Shown here one piece after another: positions 50,655-62,985 of a stretch of DNA of 64,000 bases; the first letter of the stretch is position 1; the number at the start of each line of letters is the position of its first letter. The translations under genes and the position numbers were made by a program. The notes beneath the pieces are model-generated. The model saw only the letters and a program-made list of their open reading frames with translations. It was not told the origin of the DNA and made no database searches. Location: NCBI GenBank assembly GCA_017654855.1, contig CM030335.1, positions 1,302,001-1,366,000 of the forward strand, read 5' to 3'. The DNA is from Podospora anserina. Lineage: Eukaryota.

Positions 50655-50983
50655 GGTAACTGGTTGTATGTGGTGCTTTATCGGAAAATCTACTGGTCGA
50701 TCCAAGGTCAATGTGGACTGGCAAACCGTCGAAGATCGTGTGAGCAAGTCTTGGATTCAAGCACTGATTAGATTTCTCAGATGGAGATAAGGGAAAAAAA
50801 CGGCCCCAATTTTCGGCCTGGGCTGTTGAAGAGAAAAAAGCCACCAAGAATGACGCGCATTTTACAGATCTTTCGGTCCCGCGCTGCCAAGACCCATCTC
50901 CCCACTGCCGCCGGCCCCACAGGCGATCGTCCCATCGCGCCCCACGTTGCGGACAAAATACCTGGCACTGCGAAACACTGAAC

Positions 50984-51131
50984 CAGGCCTCGAAACATAG
51001 CTAATAGGCCTTAAAAGATAGTCAACAGGCTTTAAACATAGTAAAGAGGTTTAAGATTAGTCAAGAGGTCTTAAAAGATAGTCAAGAGGCCTTGAAAATG
51101 ATCAAAAAGCCTAAAGAATCGTTAAAAGGCC
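50984..51131. repeat. Degenerate ~21-bp tandem repeat, about 7 units
   Basis: Consensus near AGGCCTTAAAAGATAGTCAAG recurs with 20-22 bp spacing. Confidence 0.75.
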
Positions 51132-51323
51132 TGTTTTTCTTTTGAAGATACCAGTTATTTTGTTTGCAACGTCGTCCGCTTCACCAACCACAGTGTCACG
51201 ATTGCAGAAAGCATATCCGGGTCCACAGTAGAGTACAATATGTATTAGGAGTTGTGTATAAATCATGGCAGAATCGTACGATGCTGTTCCGGTGTGAAAA
51301 AGGGCATCTTTTGCTGGTTTGCC

Positions 51324-53564
51324 CTAGACATTGGGTGACAAGAGGTCATATTTGACACATCGTTCAACCTACGGATACCGGGGCTGTTAGTACTACGTCA
51401 CACTGATCAAGCAGTGGAACGAAACTCACATCTTCAATACTGGCCTGCATAAACCTTCTTGTTTCCAGGCCCACCCATACCATCAACATGGAGAAGTCGC
51501 CTTCCTTTACCATATCCTTCCCGCTCTGAGCACCCAACTGTCTCAAGATGGGAAGCGAGCTGCTCAGCAGGTCAACATCGGGGTTGAGGCTCCGACCAAT
51601 ACCCTCGAGCAGCAGTATACTAATGACGACATTGACAAAGTCTCCCTCTAGGCGGACATGATGCTGCCGCACCATGTTCAGGACTTCTTGCAGGATATCA
51701 CCAATCTTGACGTTTCCCAGAGCCAAAGTACGGCTCTTGACACCAAGTACCAAGTGTTGCATCTTCAGCGCAAACACCTCCTTGTCCAAAACGGCATCTG
51801 GCTGCTGACACCGCTCGCACATCAAGTGGCCAGCCTTGTAGCCATCGAATTCAGCAACGGCGCGGAACAGGTCCAGGAAGTTGCGTCGGTTCGTCTCGTT
51901 GAGCTCCGTCACTAGGCCCGTGTCGATAAATATCAGCTGCGGCCGGAAACCCTCTCTGTCCATCTTGCTTAGTTCTGCTACCCATTGCTCCTTGTTGTTT
52001 CGGAATGGACGCAGGCGAGCCAGGACCTGCTCTGTCACGTCCCCTTCAGATTCAGGTTCATGGCTATCGTGCGTCTGGCGCAAACGTAGGCTCGGCCGCT
52101 CCGTCTCGTAGAAGCGCACCATGATGTTTCCAGGGTGCAAGTCAGCGTGGACAAAGTTGTCCAACAGCAGCATCCGCAGGAAAGCGTCGAGGCCTTCCGA
52201 GGCAATGGCTTGCTGGAAAACCCCGCCACCATTCGCCATAAACTCAGCCAAGGGGATGCCATGCGCAAACTCCTCGATCAGCACATTTCTGGTGCAGAAT
52301 TCGGCATATGGGAAGGGGAAAGAGGCCGTCGTCCTCTCTTTGAAATTCTTGCGGAATCTGGAAAGGTTGGCAGCCTCGATGCGCAAATCTAACTGTAGCT
52401 TCATCATCTCCCCAAACTGGTCCACCTCGTCGGGAAGCGAGAGCCACTCAATGGTGGGTATTGAGTTCAAAATGGTGGCGAAAAACCACATGATGCGTAG
52501 GTCCCGCCGGACAGTTCGTTCGACTCCGGGATGTAGGACCTTGACGGCCACATAAGACGAAGGAACCCGTTTTGGCGATGACTTGAGAACGCTTTCTACA
52601 TTCTTGTAGACGTGCCGGCGGAGGTCTTCAGGAGTGTCGCCTTCATCCACATCGACAGGGACAGTAAGGCCAGGCTTTAGCTTGGCCCTGTACACCTGCG
52701 CAATTGCACCAACACCGAGAGGCTTGTCGTCGAACTCTTCAAAAATCTCCTCAAATTCGCAGCCACCGAAAGCAGCTCGAACAATTTGTTTGGTAGCATG
52801 GAAGGAATGGGCTGGCGCATCGGCGTGGAGTTTCGACATGATCGCACACAGTTCGTCGGGGAAGACATCAGACCTGGAAGCAGCCCATTGCCCAAGCTAT
52901 CCAGAGCTGTCAGTGGTAGATCTCAGACTATGGACTTCAGAAAGAATGGCAAGAGACCAGGACTCAAACCTACCTTGATGAAGGCTGGGCCTGCCCATTC
53001 CATAGCCTGCACCAGAAATCCGTACCACCAAAGCGTACCTGTCCGTTCATTGTCACGATCGGCCCGTCGGTTGCCAATCCAGATCGCTGGCACAGCCAAA
53101 ATGACTGGAACAAAGATAGTAACAAGCTGAAGGAAGCGGAAGCCGGTGCAAATTGGCTCCCATATATATAGATCGAGGAACAACACAATCTGGTGTCGCA
53201 TACGCGTTAGTCCAGTGTCGCTGTCCGAGATCTTCTTCTTGATTTCATCACGAGAGACCTCGAGCATGCGCTTTTCTCCGGTATCCCGCGGTCCTTCGTT
53301 GTCCTTCTCTGACAATTCGACAAATGCTGCAGCGGCCAAGCCGCTGGCACCAGCTGAAGCTAGCTTTGGAGAGTGAGGAGGTTGTCGCCATGAACGATGA
53401 CGGTATTGCCCCAGACGTAATGGGGACTGTGTATGCGAAGCAAATGTACGGGAAGGTGGGTGTGATGATCGGATACAGCCGTGCAGAAGATTAGAAGGAC
53501 AGCCGGCACATCTTGAAGCCTCCGCGCGGCGGAAAAGGCGGCCAAGGGTGAGAAGCACACTCAT
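51324..53564 (-). CDS. Mitochondrial ABC1/UbiB atypical kinase (ADCK2/Cqd1-like)
   Basis: Presequence-like N-terminus, GPAFIKLGQW across intron 52973-52897, GAIAQVY, VAVKVLHP, HADLHPGN, FIDTG. Last exon VERCVKYDLLSPNV*. Confidence 0.92.
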
Positions 53565-54199
53565 GTCGTCACAAAGCCGCCGAGAGAAAACAGACTGGTG
53601 TCGAGCAGGTCGCCAAGAGCATGGTCATACCCTCTTCGTCGCAACTGAAAGGGCGCTGTTATTCCTGGCGACATGGACGCGCATAAAGGTTTCGAGGCCT
53701 TTGGCGGCTTCGAGGAGCTGGGACGGAAGATGCAGGACCAGCTGTGACGTCGTTGACCCGCGCACAGACAGGGGACGCCAAGGATTCCCGAGGATCCCGA
53801 TCCACAAGCGGGACCCGACATTTGCACCCTTGCCACAAAACAATTGACACAAAAGTAGGTTAACCCATATTATATTGTGAACCATACCTTGAAGAATAAT
53901 GATTAGGCCTTTCTCTAAAGATAGTCATCATGTTTTTAGAGATATTAAAAAGGCTTATTAATCTGTTTTTGGGGCATAGTTTACATATGGTATAGGTTAA
54001 CTTACTTTTGCTATGCCAATTACACTATTTTGTGGGGAGGGTGATTTGTTCCGATTCCCTGTCCATTATCCAACACTTGTATTTCTTCTAGACTTCTACC
54101 AAATGCTATTTTCCCAAAGCTGCAAAATTAAATATCAACATGCTTTTCAATCAACCCAAACTCCAAAATCACCCAACCGATAGTTGCCTATCACTCTCC

Positions 54200-55917
54200 T
54201 CAAAGCCGAATCACAATCGAGTTGAAATGCATCTGGGGGATATAATCAGCATCGTGTACCTAGCAGAAGGTTGGTGGTGGTACTCACCCGGCCCTCGTGG
54301 CATTCATTCGTTATTGGGGGACCCTCGACGGTTTTGCCGTTCATGGCAATTGTGACAGGCCCGGTGGCGCTGCCATCAAACGGAATCTCAAAATAGGAAA
54401 GGGGGCTGTCGATTCTGGTGCCCACACTCTTCCAGCGGCTGCCGATTGCGACGGTGATGTTGGTTGGGACCTTGACCAACGCCATAACCGAAACGACGTC
54501 TCTTGCCCCTTGGGACGCCGGTATCTCACCGCCCTGGCCCCAGGTGGTGCCTGCCCAAAGTCAGTCATACACTCTCTCACAGCTAGTTGATTCCCGACTT
54601 ACCGCAACCCTCTCCCGCACTTGCCGGGGTTGTTCGGTACCAGGCAATGACCGTGTCTTCTGGAAAATCCACAAGACGAGAACCAGACTTATATGCAGCG
54701 ATAAAGTATGGGAGGACGGCTCGGAAGGCTGAGTGCGAGTAGCCATTGACATATTCTTCTGCGCCTTCTACAACTTGCGCTGGCACAGTATCGCAGATGT
54801 AACTCGACTCGCCAAAGTCATTCCCTTTGAAAACCGAAGTCAGCAATGGCCCGTCTCGGCCCTTGGGTAAAACTCACATGTGATGATCTGAACAAAGTCA
54901 GGCAATACATCAAGTACTTGTTGCCATCGATCATGCCACAGACTCTCGCTTGAGCAGTACCAGTTCTTGTTCCATTGCGGCAAGTCTGTTTGATTAGTTT
55001 TCGTGTCACCACTATGCTGGAGGCGCATGACTCACTCGTATAGAAGTATGGGCTAACACCCATCATGTATTTCTTGCCCTTGAGGTTGTCACAGTACAAG
55101 AGATCTTCGTTGATGTTCATTTGATTTTGACCAGCTTTGGGCCAGGCGTCCCACGAAACTGGAATCGAATTAGCACTCATGAGAGGTGTGAATCCAGCAC
55201 AGCATGGCTTACAAGCTCCGTCAATGACATCCAGCTTCTCAGAAATTCCATATGGGCCAAGGCTAGACCAATCAGGAACAAGAAAGATGTCGCCTGTCTG
55301 TTCCCGAACTGAAATCCAATTTTCAGCCCAACCTGGACCCTCGAAAGTTGAAACCAAAGGTCGCCCGTCCACAATGAACTGTGCGCTTGATTCCCTGAAG
55401 CGGTTGATGAGGTCAACAACCTGTGAAACTGACCACTCTCCGCAGGCCATACTATGATGAAAAAGAGTCAGTTCGCTACACACCGCCATTTGGCCCATCT
55501 TGTATCGTCAAGGTGTGCTGCTGAACAAGGACCTAGGCAGACATACTCGAAAGAAATAAACATGACAAACTCACCCAGCTCCTCAGCCTCGTGATAGGCA
55601 TGAGAGAGTTGAGTCTCTGTCCACGGGTCGGAAGGCCCAATGTTGAGAGCAAAGCCATCGATACCGGCCTCTTTGGCAGTCTTGATATCGTGGACCCATT
55701 GCTCGACAGTTTGGTGACATGTCAGGCCAACCTGAATTCGACTGTTAGATAATGGTCTTGACAGCTACCTGGCTGGGGGGAAGCGGGCTGGGGAATTGCG
55801 AACCATGTAGTGGGCAAAGACTTTCCGGTCATCGTTGGTCTCGGGCTCCTTTTCACCTTCGATCCTGTCCTCGATCTTTTCGAGCAGGCGTTTGAACTTG
55901 GTCTTTAAATAGCCCAT
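54200..55917 (-). CDS. GH71 alpha-1,3-glucanase lacking a signal peptide (Agn2-like)
   Basis: KVFAHYM|VG, GIDGFALN, PLVSTFEG, YMMGVSPYFYT and spliced ITWNDFGES motifs. Several introns; last exon MHFNSIVIRL*. Confidence 0.92.
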
Positions 55918-56475
55918 GGTGTGACACTTGCCGGTTGTATGATATGGGAGCCGGTTGAAGACGGATGGAACCTGATCAAGTTCACTTCAGTCAAAAGAAC
56001 AGCCAATCAAGTATGTATGCGGCCAAGGAGAGCAGGGAGTTGATCTGGCTGAACCCCGAAAAAGGGGCCATGCCCAACAGGCCCACTCAATTATAGCGTG
56101 CCATCTCCACCCCCAGCCAATATTGGATTTGGCCTTGCGACCAGTTGACCGCCAAGAGTGATAATACCCGTCATGGTTCGATCACCCAAGGTCTTGGGTC
56201 GATGGGAGACGGATGTCAAGAATGACCAAAGAGAGCTGAGAGCTGAATTCTATCTGATAGCTTCTTGGAGGATCATGGTGTATTTTGCCCGGGGATGCTC
56301 CCTAGGCGTCAGCGAGAAACCCACGAAGGAAGATCCCGGCAACGAGCAGCAAACGCCCCTGTGTGTCACATCTGAAATCGGCAAATGCTATTGGTTGACG
56401 GGCTTCGAGAGGCCATCGCTGCCGAAGTTCCAGCAGACCAGGCTAGCAGACAATATAAATTCAAGATTGACCCGT

Positions 56476-56545
56476 CTGTGGGATCAGTACAAGCGATTTT
56501 GCTGACCCAGCTGTGGGATCAGTACAAGCGATTTTGCTGACCCAG
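56476..56545. repeat. Perfect 35-bp tandem duplication
   Basis: CTGTGGGATCAGTACAAGCGATTTTGCTGACCCAG occurs at 56476-56510 and 56511-56545. Confidence 0.97.
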
Positions 56546-56868
56546 CAGGCTGGAAAATGTCCGGTGGATTGCAGCTTTAAAAGATGGCCACTGCCGGGCT
56601 GGCTGATGGGAAGCAAGCCCTGCCGGCCGCGGGGCCCATGCCGCCCATAGCGCAAATTCACCTGGCGCCCCACATTTAGGTCTTTCCCCACAATAAAAGA
56701 CCAGACACACACAACAGCTTCCGGGGCGGAAATATTAAATTCCTGGCAACCCTGCGATTTTTGGCTCCGCACAACTGAATCTACGGAAATTTCGCAAACC
56801 GCTAACCACCTTCTGCACACGATCCGGCGACCGATTTTCCACGCGTCACTCATCAATCAGTCGCAAAA

Positions 56869-57253
56869 ATGGATTCCTCCAAGGCTCCCGTCAAGCTCGT
56901 TAAGGTCACCCGCGTTTTGGGCAGAACCGGTATGCGAAAAACCCCCGCCCTCCGAGACCGAATTTCGATTTCGACCCCTCCGATTCCTGTGGCCGATTGA
57001 ACAGCATGCTGATAATTTTGGTGGAATTCAGGCTCCCGTGGTGGTGTCACTCAGGTTCGCGTTGAGTTCATGGACGATACTACTCGTTCCATCATCCGCA
57101 ACGTCAAGGGTCCTGGTATGTTCAGATCCGCTGCCTTCGGCTTCCATGTGTGGGCGAGGGTTGGCAGCTAACATTTCTGCCTGTTTTACAGTCCGCGAGG
57201 ATGATATCCTTGTCCTTCTCGAGTCCGAGCGCGAGGCTCGCCGCCTCAGATAA
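56869..57253 (+). CDS. RPS28: 40S ribosomal protein S28 (eS28)
   Basis: Exons 56869-56929, 57032-57115 and 57192-57253 give [68 protein letters not shown]. Confidence 0.99.
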
Positions 57254-58548
57254 GTTGGAGGCATTCCGAAGTTGGGGGAAGGGAGCGTGGCAGCGGCTTC
57301 TAGCTACCTGGTCTGCCTGATTGGCAAGATCATTGTCGTATCCTGCGGCGACAAGAGGAGGGACGGAATGTCAAGGATGGGCGTTCGGTAGAACGAGATC
57401 ATGCATGATTATTGCTTTCCCCAAAATACACGGCGCTGAAGGCTGGTTCTGCGGATATCACATTTGCGTTGGCTGGGGGGTCATGCAGCAGGGCATAATG
57501 ATGGGTGATTTTGGGCGTCAATCAACAAGAATCTTTCCCGAACAGCACTTCGAGCTCAGTACCTGTGCTTGACAAGGACATTCCAATACATATGCCGATT
57601 CCCTCCCTCCGCAAGTTGACCCAAAACCCATCGACCGTGCTGCTTATGATTCGATCCATCGTGGAGGACTCGGCTTGGTATTATATGCTGGGAATGATTC
57701 TGATCTGGAAGAGGGCACTACAAGCTACCGTTGTGACTGACAGATGATGCAGACAGGCTTTTCTTAACCCGTTACGCCCTCTTGGAAAGTTGTCAATGCA
57801 ATGCCCAGTGTTATTTTGAGCATGCACACACTTGCAATAGCATTTAGAAGCACAAACATCCAATATGCCTGCTTAACCAGACTGGCAACAGGTTCACAAA
57901 CTCAACTAGGCAGTGCACAGCGGACTGGCTGTGTCGACATCCTCGTGATATAGATTTAGAATGCTCGAAAACCTACACTTCAGCGCAATTAGCAACAGTC
58001 AACTAGTTCCGGCAAACCCCGGTGACACCCAAAATGGACTCGATACACAAGCTAGAAATGGTCGTCCCCTACTGCTGTCCAGACAGTATAAAACCATCCA
58101 TCATCGGACCAAGTCCCGGAACTCGAAACCGGAGCGGCAGCAATGCCACCGTCTTGGCGTCGCCCCAAAACACGGGAAATGCCCAGATGAGCAGCCTCGC
58201 TCCGCCAAATACAACCTTTCAGTTGCTTTTCCTTCGTTGGTAGTGGTCCAGGACGCATCATACCCCGGATTCTATCATCAGTGGCGGAGACAAGCATTGT
58301 CATTCCGCCAATAAGGTGTCAAAGACAGATGACTAGCCGACTTGGCAGAACAGCTTGCGATGCAGAAACCGAGATCGCAGGCGACGACGTCAAGGGGTAA
58401 AGGGGTCACGACTGTTGCTCAATGGATATAAACATTCCATGCCGCTCTTCTAGGGATGTATATACCACCCACTGTGCTGAGCGTTCCTCGTCCCCGGAAG
58501 CAGCTTGAAAACCTGCGTTCACGGCACCGAGTGCTCTAGGTTTTCAAC

Positions 58549-60241
58549 ATGGAGCCCAAGTCGGTCTTTCAGCTTGCTGTCCTCTCACTGCTGTCTTTTG
58601 TTTCGGGTGCTTACGCCGCTTTTGGTTACACTTCTTCTGGGGGCAATTATGTCGTCGACGCCGGTTCCGCCAACCCGCTCATCTTTTCCGTGAGCCAGTC
58701 CAACTGCGATATCAGGTCGATCAAGTATAGAGGCACCGAGCTCCAGTATGGAAGCCAGTTCACCCATATCAACTCCGGCCTCGGGTCCGCGACCGTCTCG
58801 ATCAGCCAGATCAACGGATCGAAAAAGTACATCAAAATTACTTGTGTGACGTCGACTTTGACCCACTACATCGTGGTCCGCGCAGGCGATAGCAGCATGT
58901 TCTTGGCCACTTATATCACCGCCCAGCCTTCCATTGGCGAGTTGCGATGGATTGCTCGTCTTCTGCCCGACAAGCTTCCTGGAGAATATCCCTATGGCGA
59001 AGTCTCCAACACCCAAAGCTCCACTTCCACTGTTGAGGGCTCCGACGTCTTCGTGGTGAACGGCCAGACCCGGTCCAAGTTCTATTCGTCAACGAGGTTC
59101 ATCGACGAGGATTCCCACTGTGTATTTGGTGGTAGCGACTTGATGCACGTCTGCATCATGACACCGCAGCAAGAGTCGTCTTCAGGTGGCCCGTTCTTCC
59201 GAGACATCAATTCGAACAACGCTGGTGCCTCTACCAATCTGTACAACTACATGAACAGCGGTCATGTGCAGACGGAGCCGTACCGAATGGGACTTCATGG
59301 ACCATACATCATGCAGTTCTCGCGCTCTGGAATCCCAAGTGTCAAGAACGTGGACGTCTCGTGGTTCGGCGAGGTTGGTGTGACAGGATGGGTCCCTCCT
59401 TCGGGTCGTGGAAGGGTCACAGGCACCGCCTCCGGTGTACAGAGCGGAATGGAAGGTGTGGTTCACTGGTTCAACAGCGCTGCTCAGTACTGGGCCAGAA
59501 CCTCCTCCAATGGGGCCTTCACCTCCCCTTTGATGAAGCCGGGCACGTACACCATGGTTCTGTACCAGACCGAATTCAAGATTGCGACATCTACCGTCAC
59601 TGTCACGGCCGGACAGACCAGATCGCAGAATATCGCCGGCACCTTCAACACCTCCCGCAATACCCTCTGGCAAATTGGTCAATACGATGGGCAGCCAGCT
59701 GGTTTCCGCAACGCTGACAAGTTCCTTCGCATGCATCCCTCTGACAGCCGCATGAGCAACTGGGGTCCTCTGACATACAAGGTCGGCAGCTCGCCACTCA
59801 CCGATTTCCCCATGGCGGTCTTCCAGTCTGTCAACAACCCTGTGACGATCCGGTTCAACTTGGGAAGCGCACCGGGAGCTGCCACGTTGAGGATTGCCAC
59901 AACCCTCAGCTTCGCGGGTAGTCGTCCGCAAATCAATGTGAACGGGTGGTCTGGCCCAGCACCAAGCGCCCCAGCCAAAATTGATAGCCGCGGCGTGACT
60001 CGCGGTGCGTACCGTGGCCATGGTGAAGTCTATACCGTAGCCATCCCAACTGGCAAATTGGTTGCAGGAAGTAACACCATCACCATCAGCTCCATCAGTG
60101 GCAGCAGTGGGACAACGTTCTTGAGCCCCAACTTTGTAAGTAATATGATTATGTGGCTCGCACACGCTTGATTTGCGAAAGGAGCGGAAGAGGCTAACCA
60201 AAAGACAACAGATTTTCGACGCTGTCGAGTTGTTCCAGTAA
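58549..60241 (+). CDS. Secreted rhamnogalacturonan lyase, family PL4 (RglA/Asd-1-like)
   Basis: Signal peptide, [51 protein letters not shown]. Intron 60136-60211; last exon IFDAVELFQ*. Confidence 0.95.
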
Positions 60242-61543
60242 ACTAAGCCTGGGACGGTTGTGGTGTTGTGATTAATCAAAGGCCGAAAAGAGTTGGAAAA
60301 GAACCCCGACTACCTAATGCCAGTGCCCAGGCCTGCCCGAGGGACGAGGGCACACCTGAGCCGATAGAAGCAGCGCTAGAACAATTCCATATGCAAGAAT
60401 AGATGAACAGGGAAAAGCTTATCGGATCCAACCTTGTTCCCGTCGGTAGTTGGACAGTGAACCAACCACCCATCCGACACGGCCACACATGCGCATCATC
60501 CCGAGGGCCTTGTCATACCTTATCAACACCGTTCTATCGAGATCTAGAACCCGGACCTTCCTTCCCTGGATATGCCCACGCCGCATGTGAATATCGATAC
60601 TGTTCTAATGGCCATACTCTGCAGTATTACGAGAGAATATCTGCAATTGCCATCCAGCACAGACGACCCATATCTTGTATATTGCTTTCCCCTCCTTCGA
60701 GAAGCTGTGGCGCCGCGGGCGGAATCAAGGTCGCAACCACTAGACGCTCTCAGCTTGCATGGACCTCCCTATCAGAGTTAGGGGGGCCCGTTGAATGGCG
60801 CAATGAATGGCAGTTTTCAAGCTCGCGTGCCCCCCCTCCTATTTACGATCTCACTCCCTTTCCTGCTGATGGCATTGGCAGACACACAAACCCCCACCAC
60901 GAAGTGAGGAGATGAGGCCTTTTCAGTGCCGCTTCTGTCCGTCCACTCAGATGATCAGGTAGCCCACAACAGCCTTCGGTATACCTACCTCAAATCAAAA
61001 AGTTGATCCAGAATGGAAGCGTGTGTGGTGGAGTGGGGGTGAAAAATGTGAAATCGCCAATCCCAAAGGGGGGCGGCCGTGACACTATGCCCGTTACGGC
61101 AGCTCCAAGTAACGACTGATCGCCCAACGGCCGAGGCCAGCGCGATAACACAATGTGATACAGGCGGGTACCTGCCCAATACAGGGGTCCGAACCGCCGC
61201 ACGGCGTCTTCATGCTCCTCAATCAGGAAGCCCATCCCGTGCGGCATAACCGGCTGTTCAGGTTTCAGTCTAAGCACCTACCTACCTTTACCAGATGGTG
61301 AATCTGGAGAAGCTGTACATTGTCTTGTATGGGGGATGGGGTCTCACGATGGGGTCTAGCCTACTGGATGGCGTCAGTTCAACCCCAGCTGGCCATGAGT
61401 AACGAGGTAGCCGTAGAGTATTAAAAGGAATCCAGCGGGACATCAACTACCGAGTCCTTCCTCCCTTCTCAGTCTTGAGTACCCCCAGTCCTGACTCCCC
61501 CTTGGTCTTCCATCCTCCCAAGACACCATCACGAAAAGCCAAG

Positions 61544-62816
61544 ATGAAGACTCAAGCGCTCCTGGCCCTGCTGGCCGCCTCCATCTGCTCTGTGGCTGCC
61601 GTGCCCTCCCCCCAGGACGCGGCCAACAGAAAGGCCGGCCTCCGTCTGATCAAGACTTCCCCCAAGGGTGCCCCTAAGTGGATCTCTGAGGAGGAAAAGA
61701 TCGTTCAGTATGCGGCGCACGAGATCGGTTTCGTTGATATCACCGATATCACAGTAAGTACTATGCCACTGTCACTCACCCCTTTTCCAGCTTGCAGCAG
61801 GGAATGATTGACCAATTCTTTCAGGATTCCCAAGTCCTCAGGGCCCTGTCTGCCGATGAGGATGAGGATGTCTTCCAAGCCCGGGCCGTCACCTACCCTA
61901 CTGCCGTGAGCAAGCAGGCCCAGGCCAATCCTCTCATCAACCTCGTCTCCACTACCCAACCCCAAAGCTGGATGACAACCCTCACCAACTATCACAACCG
62001 TTACTACAGGGCCACCTACGGCACCCAGGCCGGTACTTGGCTCTATAACACCCTCGTCAGCCTCGTCGCTGTCAACCCAGCCATCACCGTCACCAGGTTT
62101 ACCCACTCCTTCAACCAGCCCTCCATCATCGTCAAGATTCCCGGAAACTCCACTGACCTCGTCATCGTTTCCGCTCACTATGATTCCACCGCCGGCTCGA
62201 CCACCGCACGTGCTCCCGGCGCTGATGACAACGCCTCCGGTGTTGTCGTCCTCATGGAGGCGCTCCGTGTCCTGGCCAACAACAAGTTCAAGGGCAAGGA
62301 CACCCTCGAGTTCCACTTCTACGGCGGTGAGGAGGGTGGTCTCCTTGGCTCTGCTGCTGTCTTTGCCAACTACAAGTCCACCGGCAAGACCGTCCTCGCT
62401 GTTGTGAACCAGGACATGGCCGGCTACTCCCCCAGCGGGAAGATCTCCATCTACACCGACTACGTTGACAGCGCTCTGACTGCGTACGTCCGTGTGGTCG
62501 CTACCGCTTACACTGGCACTACTACCGCCGATAAGTGCGGCTACGGATGCTCCGACCACGCTTCAGCCCGCTCCAACGGTTTCCGTATGTTCCCCCCCTT
62601 TATCACTTTTATCCTCCTTTTGGGCTTTCCTGGTGTGTTGAATCAGTACTAACATGGATGTAAACAGCCGCCGCCTACGTTTGCGATGAAGTTATGAAGA
62701 CTGCCACTCCTTACATTCACACCGCCAACGATGCCCTCTCCACCATCATGTGGCCCGCCATCCTCCGCCACACCAAGTTCACCGTTGCCTTCCTCGTCGA
62801 GGCTTCATACTTGTAA
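61544..62816 (+). CDS. Secreted M28 leucine aminopeptidase
   Basis: Signal and pro-peptide; zinc-ligand motifs SAHYDS, GADDNASG, GEEGGLLGS, NQDM, CGYGCSDHAS, YIHT. Introns 61754-61824 and 62585-62667. Confidence 0.95.
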
Positions 62817-62985
62817 GGATGCAATAATAATCTAGCGGTGGTCTCAAATGGGCACTTCCTGCACAAACAGACCATCATTCTCTGTTCATATTAGTGTTCG
62901 CTTTGAGAACAAACATTGTACATAGACGCAATAGTCAAAAACACACATGTTCAAACTTGATTCCTGCTTTGGCGTTTCCCGATTT

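Noticed and set aside
57321-58314. Short ORFs between RPS28 and the PL4 lyase, and at 60276-61277
   Set aside because: No motifs, splice structure or codon bias; treated as intergenic.
61330-61400. tRNA-like GTTCAACCCC...CCA motif
   Set aside because: No cloverleaf or A-box could be built.
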